From positions 1 to 26,111 of the IMG/VR virus record IMGVR_UViG_3300020045_001876: a stretch of DNA of 26,111 nt; one strand, 5' to 3'. Within the stretch, counting starts at the first letter, position 1. Every line of letters starts with the position of its first letter. Below the pieces are notes generated by a model that saw only the letters and a list, made by a program, of their open reading frames with translations, did no database searches and was not told the DNA's origin. This document shows, one piece after another, positions 25,746 to 26,111 of the stretch. Origin of the DNA: a virus (lineage: Duplodnaviria > Caudoviricetes). Made by a program: the position numbers and the translations under genes.

Positions 25746-26109
25746 ACATATAGCTGAAAAGTTTCATAGTAGAATTCTTATCGTAAAACTTACCAACATT
25801 GAATGCAGAGCATACTGGGTAGGTGGAATCCTTTACGCTGTAATTCCTGAACTTATCAAAGTGTATCCTCATCAGGTTCTTCTTCTGTTCGTCTGTAGTT
25901 TGGTTTCCGGTAAATACATACGAGAAAGGTTTGACTAACGTACGGTCACCCTCAGTATTATCCCTTGTTACTACCCAATCAGGATTGTTGTAATTTTCTT
26001 TTGAAATACTTTCCCACATTTCTTCTTTCACAACCCAATCTGGTCTCATATCACCCTTATCTCTTATAAGAAGTTCATCATAATATATCTTATTATCTTC
26101 TAACCACTT
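25735..26109 (-). CDS. partial ORF (runs off right edge): PNK 3'-phosphatase (HAD)-like segment followed by a replicative-helicase-like C-terminus
   Basis: The frame is open beyond the ORF-track start at 26049: KWLEDNKIYYDELLIRDKGDMRPDWVVKEEMW resembles the T4 PseT phosphatase domain. The remainder (TRDNTEGDRTLVKPFSYVFTGNQTTDE...MRIHFDKFRNY) resembles a DnaB-like helicase tail. Confidence 0.55.
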   Translation of the reverse strand, partial: KWLEDNKIYYDELLIRDKGDMRPDWVVKEEMWESISKENYNNPDWVVTRDNTEGDRTLVKPFSYVFTGNQTTDEQKKNLMRIHFDKFRNYSVKDSTYPVCSAFNVGKFYDKNSTMKLFSYMYED

Positions 26110-26111
26110 TT

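Noticed and set aside
1-26111. tRNA, rRNA, CRISPR array, integrase or alternative genetic code
   Set aside because: Intergenic gaps are all under about 95 bp with no cloverleaf or repeat-spacer pattern. Long genes translate intact under the standard code, with TAA, TAG and TGA all used as stops.
1-26111. Bacterial chromosomal origin, given recA, dnaE, ligA and dut
   Set aside because: Single-strand dense packing, many orphan ORFs, the endolysin, the homing endonuclease and phage-type modification genes fit a large phage much better.

Overview
This 26 kb, AT-rich window is almost fully coding on the minus strand and looks like the replication, recombination and nucleotide-metabolism region of a large lytic dsDNA phage. 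A Bacteroidota host is inferred from TAnnTTTG-type promoters and A-rich translation starts lacking Shine-Dalgarno motifs. In transcription order (right to left) it encodes a PNK-phosphatase/helicase-tail chimera, primase, NAD-dependent ligase, a nucleotidyltransferase and dUTPase. A tightly coupled candidate thymidine-hypermodification operon follows: P-loop kinase, class II glutamine amidotransferase, aGPT-Pplase2/amino acid:DNA transferase, COOH-NH2 amidoligase, GNAT and aGPT-Pplase1. Next come a dUMP hydroxymethylase-like thymidylate synthase homologue, an HD nucleotidase, an inserted GIY-YIG homing endonuclease, a MazG-like protein, DnaE, UvsY-like and SSB-like proteins, SbcD, RecA, SbcC, a RuvC-like resolvase and a GH19 endolysin. 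The main candidate novelty is the 5-hmdU hypermodification cluster. Its tailoring enzymes (amidoligase + Ntn glutaminase + GNAT) differ from those of the characterised pathways I know, which predicts a possibly new modified base. A conserved palindromic promoter/operator motif heads the modules. All family calls come from motif recognition by eye, not database searches.
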